DNA of 64,000 nt from positions 2,105 through 66,104 of the forward strand of contig JAXHVB010000111.1 in NCBI GenBank assembly GCA_034189125.1, read 5' to 3'. Shown in pieces: positions 38,312 through 48,891 of this stretch. The stretch comes from Pseudomonadota bacterium (GTDB lineage: Bacteria > Pseudomonadota > Gammaproteobacteria > Pseudomonadales > UBA5862). Under the pieces are notes generated by a model. It had not been told where the DNA came from. It was given only the letters and a program-made list of their open reading frames with translations, and made no database searches. Made by a program: the position numbers and the translations under genes. The stretch's first letter is position 1. Every line of letters begins with the position of its first letter.

Positions 38312-39667
38312 CTAGGGTGTCAGTGGAGACCAGGCCGGCTCGCGAACGTCCCCGGTGCTCGACGGCAGTCGAAATTTGACTTTTCCGTCCACTGAAACGG
38401 CCGCCAGTATACCGCGGCCGCGGCTTTGGGTGGCATAGAGCACCAGTTCTCCATTGGGCGCGACACTCGGTGACTCATCCAGGCTGGTGTCGGTTAAGAC
38501 CCGCACGTTTCCGCGCTCCAGGTCTTGCACCGCGATGTGGAAGACGCCGTCGCGGCGGTGGACCATGACCACCGACCGCCCGTCGGGAAGCGGAATCGGC
38601 CGGGCGTTGTAGTCACCCTGAAACGATACCCGCTGCACCCGACCCGAGGCCAGGTCGACCCGGTAGACTTGAGGGCGCCCGCCTCGTCCCGAAGTGAACA
38701 GAAGCGCGCGCCCATCGGGCGTAAACCGGGGTTCAGTATCAATGGCAAAGTGGTCCGTCACGCGGCGCAGTTGACGTGACTCGAGGTGCAGCAGGTAAAT
38801 CTCTGGATTGCCGTCCTTCGACAGCACCATCGCCAGCTGCTTGCCATCCGGTGAGAAATCCGGCGCGCTGTTGATCCCGGGCCAGTGGGTCACCCGCTCG
38901 CGCACGCCAGAAGACAGTTCCTGCACGTAAATGGCCGGGGCGCCCGTTTCAAATGACACATAGGCGATGCGCTCCCCACCCGGGGCCCAGACCGGCGACA
39001 TGATCGGCTCGACCGACTCCAGAATCACGCGTGCATTGTACCCATCGGCATCAGCCAAATTGAGCCGATAGCGCCGCTCATCGCCCACGCCAACTTCAGT
39101 GATGTACAAGATGCGGGTCGCGAAGATGCCTTCGATGCCGGTGATCTCCGCGTACACCTGGTCACTGATTCGGTGGGCCAGGTTGCGCAGCTGGGTCGCA
39201 CTGGAGGTCAACACCTCTCCCCGCAGGCGCTTGCCCTGCAGCACACTGAACAACTCGTAGGTCACCCGCTGGCGTCCATCAACCGTGCCCTCGACCACGC
39301 CGACCAACAAGTACTCCGCGCCGATCAAACGCCAATCCCGGTACACCACCTGGGTGGCGTTTTGGGGGCTGCTCAACATGTCTTCCGGCTCAATGGCGCG
39401 GAATCGACCACTGCGACGCAGGTTGTTGCGCACGATTTGCGCCACGTCCAAGCCATCGTCCATGGCGCCCGCGAAGGGGACCACCGCGATCGAAACCGGC
39501 TGGTCGACACCTTCGGTGATTTCGATGGTCAGCATGTCCGCCGACAGGCCCTGTGCCAACAACACCAGGGCCCCGCCCAGCAGCGCTCGCAAGCGAAGCC
39601 ATTGTCTCAACGTGCCGGACTGACCTCGGACCGTCTGTGTCCAACCCATGCGCCACCCTTTCAACAT
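38312..39667 (-). CDS. tolB: Tol-Pal system beta-propeller protein TolB
   Basis: [19 protein letters not shown]-domain and repeated propeller blades ([42 protein letters not shown]). GAGGAG RBS 7 nt before the ATG at 39667. Confidence 0.93.
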   Translation of the reverse strand: MLKGWRMGWTQTVRGQSGTLRQWLRLRALLGGALVLLAQGLSADMLTIEITEGVDQPVSIAVVPFAGAMDDGLDVAQIVRNNLRRSGRFRAIEPEDMLSSPQNATQVVYRDWRLIGAEYLLVGVVEGTVDGRQRVTYELFSVLQGKRLRGEVLTSSATQLRNLAHRISDQVYAEITGIEGIFATRILYITEVGVGDERRYRLNLADADGYNARVILESVEPIMSPVWAPGGERIAYVSFETGAPAIYVQELSSGVRERVTHWPGINSAPDFSPDGKQLAMVLSKDGNPEIYLLHLESRQLRRVTDHFAIDTEPRFTPDGRALLFTSGRGGRPQVYRVDLASGRVQRVSFQGDYNARPIPLPDGRSVVMVHRRDGVFHIAVQDLERGNVRVLTDTSLDESPSVAPNGELVLYATQSRGRGILAAVSVDGKVKFRLPSSTGDVREPAWSPLTP

Positions 39668-39752
39668 GTACCCACTCCTCAACTGCACAACCTACATCGC
39701 TGCCCAAGGGCACGCCGCAACCCAAACCTATACGGACGCCGACTTCCGGGCA

Positions 39753-40517
39753 TCACTGCGGCAGGTCGTCTGGCCGGAACCGCAACCTCAACCGCCGAAA
39801 GTAACGGTCGAACAGGCGCGGGTCATCCGGCACCGCAAACCGCCCAACTTTCTGCACCGCACGCACGGCTGAGGCGTCAAACGCGATTGATTCGCTACTT
39901 TGAACGACATCCACCTGAACCAGCTCACCACTCGGCACCAGTTGGATTTCCAACTCGACCTCCATCCCCCGGCGAGCATTCAAAGGGCGCGACCAGTTTT
40001 GTGTGATGTCTCGCGCGATCACGGCCTTGTACGAGGCCACCTCCGCGTTGTCAGGGCCGGACTGGCTCGCCTCGGGAACGGCCCGCAGGCTGTCGGCAAA
40101 GGCCTGCAACTGCTCGCGCCGCGCGGCATCCTCCGGCTCGGATTCGGGGTCCGGCACTGGTGGTGGCTCTGGGGCTTCTGCCTGTACAGGTGGTTCCACC
40201 GGCTCAGGCTTTGGCGCAGGCTTAGGTTTCGGTTTCGGTTTCGGTTTCGGTGCTGGTTTGGGCTTCGGCCTCGGCTGGGCTGGCGCCTCCGGCTGCGGGG
40301 CCGGTGTCGCCCGTGGCACCGGTGGGGCCTTGGGCGGTGGAGCCTCCACCACCAAGCGGGCCTGAACCACAGGGGTTGGCGCCACAGGCTTCAGGGGTGC
40401 AACCCGCGGTTGCACCACCAGCAGCAGCAGGATGGCGCCGTGCAGCGCCAGGGCTGCACAGGTTGGCCACCCGTACTGGCGCCAGCTGGCCCTGCGTTCA
40501 GTGCTCTCAGGGCGCAT
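39753..40517 (-). CDS. tolA: Tol-Pal system protein TolA
   Basis: N-terminal TM anchor, long Pro/Lys/Ala/Glu-rich linker (KPKPAPKPKPKPKPKPAPKPEP), and a C-terminal TolA domain (SYKAVIARDITQNWSRP). Confidence 0.85.
   Translation of the reverse strand: MRPESTERRASWRQYGWPTCAALALHGAILLLLVVQPRVAPLKPVAPTPVVQARLVVEAPPPKAPPVPRATPAPQPEAPAQPRPKPKPAPKPKPKPKPKPAPKPEPVEPPVQAEAPEPPPVPDPESEPEDAARREQLQAFADSLRAVPEASQSGPDNAEVASYKAVIARDITQNWSRPLNARRGMEVELEIQLVPSGELVQVDVVQSSESIAFDASAVRAVQKVGRFAVPDDPRLFDRYFRRLRLRFRPDDLPQ
40225..40251. repeat. Tandem hexanucleotide repeat (GGTTTC x4 plus GGT) inside tolA, encoding the (Lys-Pro)n linker
   Basis: ggtttcggtttcggtttcggtttcggt read directly from the sequence. Degenerate copies extend over 40219..40275. 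Confidence 0.85.
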
Positions 40518-40935
40518 TCACAGCTTCGGTGATCAGCCCTACACCGCTGGCGCCGGCACCCTGCAGCGCCGCCATCAGCCGCACGACCTCGCCGTATGCG
40601 ACGCCCTGGTCGCCGCGCACATACACCGGAACCTCTGGGGACTGGCGCAGTACCTTGCCCACCAGCGCCGCCACATCAGCCAGGGCCAGTGGTTGCTCGG
40701 GGTCGTCGGACGGATCCAGGAAAAAGCGCCCCTCGGCATCCACAGATACCACCATCGGTTCGCGCTGCTGGTCCGGAACCGGCTGCGCATCGGCCTTGGG
40801 CAGCTCCACCACGACACCCTGGGTCAGCAGCGGTGCGGTCACCATGAAAATCACCAACAGCACCAACATGACGTCGATGTATGGGACCACATTGATTTCG
40901 GACATGGGCCTGCGGCGCAACTGTCGACGGGCCAT
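40507..40935 (-). CDS. tolR: Tol-Pal system protein TolR
   Basis: MSEINVVPYIDVMLVLLVIFMVTAPLL. The ATG at 40935 abuts the tolQ stop. The upstream part of ORF ..41196 overlaps tolQ and is rejected. Confidence 0.9.
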   Translation of the reverse strand: MARRQLRRRPMSEINVVPYIDVMLVLLVIFMVTAPLLTQGVVVELPKADAQPVPDQQREPMVVSVDAEGRFFLDPSDDPEQPLALADVAALVGKVLRQSPEVPVYVRGDQGVAYGEVVRLMAALQGAGASGVGLITEAVNAP

Positions 40936-41645
40936 CAACGGGCCTCCTTCGGGGCCTGGGCACGTCCATGGGCTTGCCGGTGCAAGATGCCGGAGAACTC
41001 GTCGGTGAAGGTTTCGTATCGCCCCAAGAGCGTATCCACCTGCGCCGAGTACCGGTTGTAGGCAACGACCGCGGGAATGGCGGCAAACAGGCCAATCGCG
41101 GTAGCGACCAGCGCCTCTGCGATGCCGGGCGCCACCGTTGCAAGGGTTGCTTGTTGGACGTTCGCGAGGCCCCGGAACGCGTTCATGATTCCCCAAACGG
41201 TGCCAAACAGACCCACATAGGGCGAGGTGGAGCCCACGGTTGCCAAAAACGGTAGGTGACGCTCCAGCTGCTCCTGCTCCTTGGCCAATGCCACCCGCAT
41301 GGCGCGCTCGGTACCGGCCATCACAGCCTCCGCGTCGGCCCCGGATTGCTGGCGCAACCGGGTGAATTCGCGGAACCCGGCGCGAAACAGGTGCTCCAGA
41401 CCATGAAAGCCCACGCCATCGTTGGCCCGCACATTGCCATCCCGGTACAGCTTACTGAGGTCCACACCGGACCAAAACTCGGCCTCGAAGGCCTCGGCAT
41501 GCTTGCGAGCCGCACGCAGGGCCGCCCCACGGCTGAAAATCACAACCCAGGACAACACAGAGGCGGAGACCAGCAGCAACATCACCAACTGCACCGGCAC
41601 ACTGGCTTCGGTCACCAGAGCGAAGAAAGAAAGCTGATCCGTCAC
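40935..41645 (-). CDS. tolQ: Tol-Pal system protein TolQ
   Basis: MotA/TolQ/ExbB motifs (GLFGTVWGIMNAF, TVAPGIAEALVATAIGLFAAIPAVVAYN). GTG at 41645 gives an MTDQLSFF start resembling E. coli TolQ, 8 nt after the ybgC stop, with a GAGG RBS. Confidence 0.9.
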   Translation of the reverse strand: MTDQLSFFALVTEASVPVQLVMLLLVSASVLSWVVIFSRGAALRAARKHAEAFEAEFWSGVDLSKLYRDGNVRANDGVGFHGLEHLFRAGFREFTRLRQQSGADAEAVMAGTERAMRVALAKEQEQLERHLPFLATVGSTSPYVGLFGTVWGIMNAFRGLANVQQATLATVAPGIAEALVATAIGLFAAIPAVVAYNRYSAQVDTLLGRYETFTDEFSGILHRQAHGRAQAPKEAR

Positions 41646-41652
41646 TGAAACC

Positions 41653-42081
41653 TCACTGCACTGAAGAGTAAGAAAGTTGCTGTAGTTGAGCGCACAGGTC
41701 CGCCGGCAATCGCCGCGGCCTGCGGCTGTCGGCATCGACTGCGGCCACCCTGACCTGGCCATCGACCAACAGGTCGCCGCCCTGGCTGCGGATCTCCTGC
41801 TGGAACGTCAAGCTCGCGGGGCTGAACGCCTGCACGCGCGCCAGCACCTCAAGCCGCTGATCCAGGTGCGCGGAGCGGCGGTAGCGCACATCCAGAGAGT
41901 GGACCACGAACACCAATCCCAGTTGCATCAGGTCACGCTGCTCGTGGCCGAGTTGGCGGAGCCACTCGGTGCGGGCCCGCTCCATGAACTTCAGGTAGTT
42001 CACGTAGTACACGATGCCACCAGCGTCCGTGTCTTCAATGTACACGCGCACCGGCAAACGAAACTCAGAAGCCAGGCTCAC
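41653..42081 (-). CDS. ybgC: Tol-Pal-associated acyl-CoA thioesterase YbgC (4HBT hot-dog)
   Basis: [32 protein letters not shown]. Position between ruvB and tolQ. Confidence 0.88.
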   Translation of the reverse strand: MSLASEFRLPVRVYIEDTDAGGIVYYVNYLKFMERARTEWLRQLGHEQRDLMQLGLVFVVHSLDVRYRRSAHLDQRLEVLARVQAFSPASLTFQQEIRSQGGDLLVDGQVRVAAVDADSRRPRRLPADLCAQLQQLSYSSVQ

Positions 42082-43121
42082 TGCGCCGCCTGGTCGTCAA
42101 GGGGCAGCAGGGTCGCAGTCTGCGGGGGTGTGTAGCCGAAGTGCCGGTAGGCCTGGGCTGTCGCCATGCGGCCTCGGGGAGTCCGGACCATGAACCCCTG
42201 CTGAATCAGGTAGGGTTCCAGCACATCCTCAATGGTGTCGCGTTCCTCGCTGATCGCCGCCGCCAGGCTGTCCACCCCGACGGGGCCACCGTCGAACTTC
42301 TCGATCATTGCCAACAGCAAACGGCGATCCATGTGGTCGAACCCATGCGAATCCACGTGCAGCATGTCCAGCGCTGCATCGGCAGTTTCAGCGGTGATCA
42401 CGCCATCGGCTTTCACCTGGGCATAATCGCGTACACGGCGCAGCAGTCGGTTCGCAATCCTTGGTGTGCCCCGTGCGCGCCGGGCGATTTCACGTGCCCC
42501 TTGGGCCTCAATGGGCACATTGAGTATGCCGGCGGCGCGGGTCACGATGTGGGTCAACGCTTCGATGTCGTAGAACTCCAAACGTTGCACGATACCGAAG
42601 CGGTCACGCAGCGGGGAGGTCAGCAGGCCCGCACGGGTGGTGGCCCCCACCAGGGTGAACGCGGGAAGATCGAGCTTGATCGAGCGCGCAGCGGGCCCTT
42701 CGCCAATCATGATGTCGAGCTGGTAGTCCTCCATCGCCGGATACAGGACTTCCTCGACAACCGCGCTCAACCGGTGAATTTCATCGATGAACAGCACATC
42801 ACCCGGCTCAAGATTGGTCAGCAAGGCTGCCAGGTCACCCGCGCGTTCGAGAACAGGGCCGGACGTGCTTTTGAGGGCAACGCCCATTTCACCGGCAATG
42901 ATGTGCGCCAGGGTGGTCTTTCCAAGGCCCGGCGGGCCAAAGATCAGGGTGTGGTCCAGCGCTTCTCCACGGCTGCGGCTTGCGGCAATGAAGATGTCCA
43001 ACTGGTCGCGCACCTCGGTTTGCCCCCGGTAGTCCGCTAGGGTGCGCGGACGGATCTCCTGCTCAACATGCCGTTCCGGCTCTGTACTGCTTGCAGACAG
43101 GATGCGGTCGGACTCAAGCAT
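42078..43121 (-). CDS. ruvB: Holliday junction branch-migration helicase RuvB
   Basis: [12 protein letters not shown], Walker [16 protein letters not shown], Walker [10 protein letters not shown]. Confidence 0.96.
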   Translation of the reverse strand: MLESDRILSASSTEPERHVEQEIRPRTLADYRGQTEVRDQLDIFIAASRSRGEALDHTLIFGPPGLGKTTLAHIIAGEMGVALKSTSGPVLERAGDLAALLTNLEPGDVLFIDEIHRLSAVVEEVLYPAMEDYQLDIMIGEGPAARSIKLDLPAFTLVGATTRAGLLTSPLRDRFGIVQRLEFYDIEALTHIVTRAAGILNVPIEAQGAREIARRARGTPRIANRLLRRVRDYAQVKADGVITAETADAALDMLHVDSHGFDHMDRRLLLAMIEKFDGGPVGVDSLAAAISEERDTIEDVLEPYLIQQGFMVRTPRGRMATAQAYRHFGYTPPQTATLLPLDDQAAQ

Positions 43122-43186
43122 GACGGACCCCCGGTGTTGATGCGGCGAAGCGCTGCGAAATGCTGCTTATAGTTGCAGTATCGGCA

Positions 43187-43798
43187 TTATGCGCTGACCA
43201 TGCGCTTGAGGGCCAGCCGAATGAGGTCTTCGCTGCAGCACTCGGACTCGCCCAACTCGTTGCTGGCGCCCGCCACGGCTTTGGCCGCTTCCTGCGGCCG
43301 GTACCCCAAGGCAATCAGCGCAGCTTCGGCCTCGCGCATTGGATCATCGGATTGAACGGTCACGGCGGGAGCCTCAGCGGAGGACCCCACCCCGTCGAGG
43401 CGATCCCGCAGGTCCAGCAGCAGCCGCTCGGCCGTCTTGCGGCCTATGCCAGGCAAGCGAATCAAGGTGGCGGTATCTTCAGCCTCGACGCAGCGGCGAA
43501 ATGCAGCGGCATCCAGCCCCGACAAAATGGCCAGCGCGACCTTGGGCCCGACACCACTGACTTTGATCATCTGCCGGAACAGATCCCGCTCAGCGCGGCC
43601 GGAAAAACCATAAAGCAGCTGCGCGTCTTCACGCACAACCAAATGGACGAACAGCACCACTTGATGCCCCTGCGCCGGCAAGCTGAACAATGTGGTCATC
43701 GGTACCGAGAGCTCGTACCCCAACCCCTGGACATCCACCAGGATCTCGCCGCCCCGCTTTTCCAGCAGCTTGCCTTCGATGCGACCGATCATCGTCAA
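43187..43798 (-). CDS. ruvA: Holliday junction DNA-binding protein RuvA
   Basis: MIGRIEGKLLEK and helix-hairpin-helix LIRLPGIGRKTAERLLLDL. The start may be Met-3. Confidence 0.95.
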   Translation of the reverse strand: MTMIGRIEGKLLEKRGGEILVDVQGLGYELSVPMTTLFSLPAQGHQVVLFVHLVVREDAQLLYGFSGRAERDLFRQMIKVSGVGPKVALAILSGLDAAAFRRCVEAEDTATLIRLPGIGRKTAERLLLDLRDRLDGVGSSAEAPAVTVQSDDPMREAEAALIALGYRPQEAAKAVAGASNELGESECCSEDLIRLALKRMVSA

Positions 43799-43817
43799 CC
43801 TCCGGTGGATGGCACCC

Positions 43818-44351
43818 CTAGCGCCGCGGGCGCCGAGGCCTGGCGCGCGGTCGCGGGTTCAGTTGCGTGCGCAGTGCGCGGCTGTGGATGTGGCAGATCG
43901 CGACGGCAAGGGCATCGGCGGCATCACTGGCTGGGGAACGCTGCAACTGCAGCAATTCACACACCATCCGCTGCACCTGGGCCTTGTCGGCACCGCCATG
44001 GCCTACCACTGCCTGCTTGACCTGTCGGGCTGCATACTCGGCAACCGGCAACCGGGCACGCACCACCGCCGCCAGCGCCGCTCCGCGTGCCTGACCCAGC
44101 TTGAGCGCCGAATCCGGGTTGCGCGCCATAAAGACCTGCTCGACCGCCACCTCGCTCGGCTGGTGCTCGGCCACCAAGGTTTCAACCCCTTGAAAAATTT
44201 CCGCTAAGCGCGCCGGCATCTCGACATGGCTGGTGCGGATGCAGCCGCTGTCCAGGTACAGAAGTTGCCGCCCACGAAGTTCGATAAGCCCGTATCCGGT
44301 CACCCGCGAGCCGGGATCAATCCCCAGAACAATGTCGGTCGGCGCCCGCAT
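43818..44351 (-). CDS. ruvC: Holliday junction resolvase RuvC
   Basis: [16 protein letters not shown] ... [22 protein letters not shown] ... [12 protein letters not shown]. Confidence 0.95.
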   Translation of the reverse strand: MRAPTDIVLGIDPGSRVTGYGLIELRGRQLLYLDSGCIRTSHVEMPARLAEIFQGVETLVAEHQPSEVAVEQVFMARNPDSALKLGQARGAALAAVVRARLPVAEYAARQVKQAVVGHGGADKAQVQRMVCELLQLQRSPASDAADALAVAICHIHSRALRTQLNPRPRARPRRPRR

Positions 44352-44363
44352 ACCGTCCTGGGT

Positions 44364-45107
44364 TCAGTCGCCACCGAGCAGCGCGTCGGGAAAGTCCGCA
44401 TTCGAGTAGACATTCTGGACATCGTCGAGGTCTTCCAATCGGTTCAGCAGCTCAAGCACCTGTTGCGCTTGCTCACCTTCCAACTCGACGTAGGTTGCAG
44501 GAAGCATGGCGAGTTCAGCGTTGTCCGGCAGGTGGCCGGCAGCCACCATGGCTTCCTTCACGGCCAGGTAGTCAGCCGGATCCGCGAGCACCTCTACCGA
44601 TCCGTCGTCCTGTGTAACCACGTCCTGGGCCCCTGCTTCAAGGCCAGCTTCGAGCAGCGCCTCTTCGTCAGCACCAGGCGCGAAGCTCAATACACCTTGT
44701 TTGGTGAACAGGTAAGCCACCGAGCCATCGGTCCCCAGGTTGCCGCCGTGCTTGTTAAAAGCGTGACGCACCTCCGCAACGGTTCGGTTGCGGTTGTCAG
44801 TCATGACCTCGACATAGACCGCCACGCCGCCAGGGGCGTAGCCCTCGTACACCAGCTCTTCAACGTTGTCCTCGTCACCGGACCCGGACCCCCGCGCGAT
44901 CGCCCGGTCGATGGTGTCCCGCGGCATGTTCGCCCCGAGTGCCTTGTCAATGGCCGCACGCAGTCTCGGATTGTCCTCGGGTACCCCGCCCCCCAGCCGG
45001 GCGGCCACGGTGATTTCCCGAATCAGCTTGGTAAACACCTTGCCGCGCTTGGCGTCTTGTGCGGCCTTGCGGTGCTTGATGTTGGACCACTTGCTGTGCC
45101 CAGCCAT
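44364..45107 (-). CDS. yebC: YebC/PmpR-family transcriptional regulator
   Basis: [32 protein letters not shown]. Confidence 0.93.
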   Translation of the reverse strand: MAGHSKWSNIKHRKAAQDAKRGKVFTKLIREITVAARLGGGVPEDNPRLRAAIDKALGANMPRDTIDRAIARGSGSGDEDNVEELVYEGYAPGGVAVYVEVMTDNRNRTVAEVRHAFNKHGGNLGTDGSVAYLFTKQGVLSFAPGADEEALLEAGLEAGAQDVVTQDDGSVEVLADPADYLAVKEAMVAAGHLPDNAELAMLPATYVELEGEQAQQVLELLNRLEDLDDVQNVYSNADFPDALLGGD

Positions 45108-45147
45108 GCATGGCTCCTACATGTGAGGATAAGAAAGGGGGTTCGCC

Positions 45148-46917
45148 TCAGTTGCCCGACGGGGTGCGCAACCGCAGGTTCAACTCTTTGAGCTGCTGAT
45201 CCGAAACCGGGCTCGGTGCCTGGGTCAACAAACAGGCCGCGGACTGAGTTTTGGGGAACGCGATCACATCTCGAATCGAATCTGCACCGCACATCAGCAT
45301 CACCAAGCGGTCCAGGCCCAATGCGAGCCCGCCATGGGGCGGCGCCCCGTACCGCAGCGCATTCAACAGGAACCCAAACTTCTGCTCCGCCTGCTGGGGG
45401 TCAATGCCCAGCAGGCTAAACACCGCAGACTGCATCTCGGACTGGTGAATGCGGATCGACCCTCCACCCACCTCGGTGCCATTCAGAACCACATCGTAGG
45501 CCCTAGAAAGGGCTGACCCCGGGTCATTCAGCAGGTCTTGTACAGAGCCTGCGGGCTGGGTGAACGGGTGGTGTAGCGCGGTCCAACCACCGTTTGCGTC
45601 GGCTTCAAACATGGGAAAATCAACCACCCAGCAGGGCGCCCAAGTAGCCTGCAACAGACCCCGGTCGATCCCGAGCTTGACCCGCAGGGCGCCAAGCGAT
45701 TCATTGACAGTGCCGGCCTTGTCCGCCCCGAAAAACACCAGGTCGCCAGAGGCTGCACCGACCCGCTCAAGTACTTGCAGGACCACCGCCTCCGGCAGGA
45801 ACTTCAGGATTGGCGACTGGAGTCCGGCAACACCAGCTTCGACATCGTTGACCTTGATGTAGGCCAGTCCGCGGGCGCCATAGACACCGACATACTCGGT
45901 GTAGCCATCGATCTCCTTGCGAGAAAGGCTGGCACCACCGGACAGACGCAGCGCTGCGACCCGTCCATCCGGGTCGCGCGCCGGGCCTTGAAACACTTTG
46001 AAGTCCACCGTTTCCATCAGGTCTGCAATGTCCACCAGTTCCAGCGGGTTGCGAAGGTCGGGGCGGTCACTTCCATACCGGCGCATGGCATCGGCATAGG
46101 TCAATCGAGGAAAGTCGCCGAGGTCGATGTCCAGGCACTGTTGAAACAGCGACCGCAGCATGTTTTCCACCACGCCCATGATGTCCGACTCGTCAACGAA
46201 GGAGGCTTCCAGATCGACCTGAGTGAACTCAGGCTGACGGTCGGCGCGCAAGTCTTCATCACGAAAACAGCGGGCAATCTGGTAGTAGCGGTCGAATCCC
46301 GCCACCATCAACAGTTGCTTGAACAACTGGGGCGACTGTGGCAAGGCAAAAAATTCGCCCGGATGGGTTCGGCTCGGGACGAGGTAATCACGGGCGCCTT
46401 CCGGCGTCTCACGGGTGAGAATCGGGGTTTCCATTTCCGCAAAACCCTCGGCTTCAAGGGCCGCGCGAATCGCCCGGGTGACCCGCGCTCGAAACTGCAG
46501 CCGGGCGGCCGCTTCTGGGCGCCGCAAATCCAGGTAACGGTGGCGCAAGCGCACGTCTTCCCCCGAGGCATGGTATTCATCCAGCGGGAACGGTGGCGTC
46601 TTGGCCGGGTTGAAGATTATGAGATCCGCTGCCAGGACTTCGACTTCACCGGTCGGCATCTCTGCGTTGAGCGTGCCGTCCGGGCGTGCCCGCAGCCGTC
46701 CATGCACACCGATCACAAACTCGCTGCGCAACCGCTCGGCAAGTGCGAAGGTCTCGGCCTGGTCCGGATCGAACACCAGCTGAATCAAGCCACTGCGATC
46801 GCGCAGATCGATGAAAATAACGCCGCCATGGTCCCGGCGGCGGTGAACCCAACCACAGAGGCTGAGTTGTTCGCCGATTTGCGCGGGGCGAAGATCGCCA
46901 CAGTAGTGACTACGCAT
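45148..46917 (-). CDS. aspS: Aspartate--tRNA ligase
   Basis: [10 protein letters not shown] ... [20 protein letters not shown] ... class II motifs ([31 protein letters not shown]). ATG at 46917. Confidence 0.96.
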   Translation of the reverse strand: MRSHYCGDLRPAQIGEQLSLCGWVHRRRDHGGVIFIDLRDRSGLIQLVFDPDQAETFALAERLRSEFVIGVHGRLRARPDGTLNAEMPTGEVEVLAADLIIFNPAKTPPFPLDEYHASGEDVRLRHRYLDLRRPEAAARLQFRARVTRAIRAALEAEGFAEMETPILTRETPEGARDYLVPSRTHPGEFFALPQSPQLFKQLLMVAGFDRYYQIARCFRDEDLRADRQPEFTQVDLEASFVDESDIMGVVENMLRSLFQQCLDIDLGDFPRLTYADAMRRYGSDRPDLRNPLELVDIADLMETVDFKVFQGPARDPDGRVAALRLSGGASLSRKEIDGYTEYVGVYGARGLAYIKVNDVEAGVAGLQSPILKFLPEAVVLQVLERVGAASGDLVFFGADKAGTVNESLGALRVKLGIDRGLLQATWAPCWVVDFPMFEADANGGWTALHHPFTQPAGSVQDLLNDPGSALSRAYDVVLNGTEVGGGSIRIHQSEMQSAVFSLLGIDPQQAEQKFGFLLNALRYGAPPHGGLALGLDRLVMLMCGADSIRDVIAFPKTQSAACLLTQAPSPVSDQQLKELNLRLRTPSGN

Positions 46918-46994
46918 GCTGTTTCGTACCCTGGTGATGCCCAAAAGGCAAAGGGGCCGAAGCCCCTTTGAACGGATCGGTGATTCCCAGCTGG

Positions 46995-47282
46995 CTAGGC
47001 AGCATTGTCGCTGGCCGCACCGCCCCCACTCGAAGGCTTGGATTCGCTCGATCCTGAACTCGAAGATTCGCCATCGCCGGCAATGTTTTTCTTACTCCCG
47101 CCTTTCTTAAAGTCGGTTTCATACCAGCCGGAACCTTTCAAACGAAAGCGCGGAGCAGAAATCAACCGGGCAAGCGTTGCCCGCGAACAAGCCGGACATT
47201 GGGTCAGCGGTTCGTCCGAAATCTTCTGCAGGGCCTCCAGCTCGTGACCACAACTTTCACAACGGTACTCGTAAATAGGCAT
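46995..47282 (-). CDS. FmdB-family zinc-ribbon protein with Ser/Gly-rich tail
   Basis: [33 protein letters not shown] (CxxC ... CxxC). GAGGA RBS. The long N-terminal extension of ORF ..47609 is rejected. Confidence 0.8.
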   Translation of the reverse strand: MPIYEYRCESCGHELEALQKISDEPLTQCPACSRATLARLISAPRFRLKGSGWYETDFKKGGSKKNIAGDGESSSSGSSESKPSSGGGAASDNAA

Positions 47283-47484
47283 GGACCAGGTCCTCGTAAT
47301 TCCATGATTCCCACTGCGATTCCCATAAGAGGGCCGGCGATTATATGACAACTCCAAGTGCCGAGGCGATTCGAATTCCAAACCACAATGGACCGACTCC
47401 AATCCACTGGGCCACGCCACTGTACAGATCCATAACCTTCGCCCATGATTCATTCCACCGCCCGAAGAAAAAAGCACCCAATCC

Positions 47485-48612
47485 ATGTCGCCCCCACCTT
47501 CGCCTGCAGTTCGCGAAAACATCGAACGCCAGCTCCCACCCTTGCTTCGGCGCGGCGAGCACTTGCTGCTGAGCTTCGAAGAGTTTCCGGAGCAGCCCGC
47601 TCTTCTCATTGAGCTGCATCAAGCCCTCGACGAACTGCAGCTGCTGCTGGCGCCGCTTGGCAACACCTACCTGGATGCCATCAGCATGCAGCTCTCCGAG
47701 CTGCTCAGCGCCCTGCAGCAAGAACGGATTCGCTACGACCAAATGCAGATCGACATCGGGCTGCTCGCCTTGGACGATGTCCAACGCATCGTCGACCAAT
47801 CCCTCGGCCATGCGCAACACCGGGACCTCAATGAAAACCGCCTGCAGCAAATCGCCAGCAGCCTGGCCGCCGTCAGTCGCGCCGAGCCGGACCAGCTGCG
47901 CAACAGCATGTACGCTGCCCTGTTGGTGCTCGACCCACACACCCGAATCGACGAAATCGAGTTGGCGCGCCCCCCGGCAGACCCCCATGCAACCAATCGC
48001 GCCCTGCACCGCCATTCCGTCGACGACACCCTGCAGCACTTTGCCGTCGAGAACTCGGCCGACCTGCAGTTTCTTCGCGGCCTGATCGAACCGATGGAAC
48101 AACGCTCCAGGTACTGGTATGGACGCAGCAGCCGCCTTTTGCGCTTGTGTCTGGCCATGAACCGCCAAGGCGGAAGTCCGGTTGATCCAACACAACTCAC
48201 CGCCGCGGTGCTGGTTCATGACATCAGCATGGCCTTTTTGCCGGTGGACGTCCTGCATAAAAAAGAACGCCTGAACCTCGACGAGAAAAAAATGATGCAG
48301 GGGCATGCGCGCTCCGCCTACGAACTGCTTCACCGCATGCGCGACTGGGAGCCAGCCGCAAAAATGGTTCTGCAACACCATGAGCGCGCCGATGGCAGTG
48401 GATACCCGTTGGGTCTGCGTGAACCGGAGATCTGCGATGGTGCCAAGATCATCGCCATCGCCGACACCTTCGATGCACGCACCCATGAACGCGCCTACCG
48501 TGACCTTCAACGTCGGCCTTTGGTTCGGGCGATTCTCGAAATCAACCGTGAAAGCGGCATCCAATTCAGTCCGACCTGGGTGCGGTGCTTTAACCAAATC
48601 GCTCCAAAGTAG
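47485..48612 (+). CDS. HD-GYP domain protein (putative cyclic-di-GMP phosphodiesterase) with an uncharacterised helical N-domain
   Basis: VLVHDISMAFLP ... QGHARSAYELL ... LQHHERADGSGYPLGL ... IIAIADTFDA. Confidence 0.85.
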   Translation: MSPPPSPAVRENIERQLPPLLRRGEHLLLSFEEFPEQPALLIELHQALDELQLLLAPLGNTYLDAISMQLSELLSALQQERIRYDQMQIDIGLLALDDVQRIVDQSLGHAQHRDLNENRLQQIASSLAAVSRAEPDQLRNSMYAALLVLDPHTRIDEIELARPPADPHATNRALHRHSVDDTLQHFAVENSADLQFLRGLIEPMEQRSRYWYGRSSRLLRLCLAMNRQGGSPVDPTQLTAAVLVHDISMAFLPVDVLHKKERLNLDEKKMMQGHARSAYELLHRMRDWEPAAKMVLQHHERADGSGYPLGLREPEICDGAKIIAIADTFDARTHERAYRDLQRRPLVRAILEINRESGIQFSPTWVRCFNQIAPK

Positions 48613-48891
48613 TGCAACCTATTGCTGTCCTCTCGCATCCGTTTGACCCAGCCTTACAAGACCCGCACCCACCCGTCGCACTTTAGACAGGAAACACAGG
48701 CAAAAACGGCTGTTTTTCTTGCGCCCCATACGTGAATGCGCTATACACAATTTGTCTCAGCCAGGGTGCCCACGAGCCAGCAGTCCCCGATCAATTGATG
48801 TTCGTTGAGATTCCCAGTTGCGCAAACGAAAGACGTGGCGACCCTGCACGCCACCACCCCAGAACCCGCCTCCGTGAAGGAACCCCTATCC

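Noticed and set aside
40219-40275. Short tandem repeats considered as a CRISPR or minisatellite
   Set aside because: The 6-nt period, the lack of spacers, and an in-frame position inside tolA encoding the known Lys-Pro linker all argue against it. It is not a CRISPR array.
47341-48597. 418-aa minus-strand ORF fully overlapping the HD-GYP gene
   Set aside because: The plus-strand frame carries unmistakable HD-GYP motifs. The antisense product is V/G/A/Q/L/D-rich with no motif. That is the typical stop-poor mirror frame of a high-GC gene.
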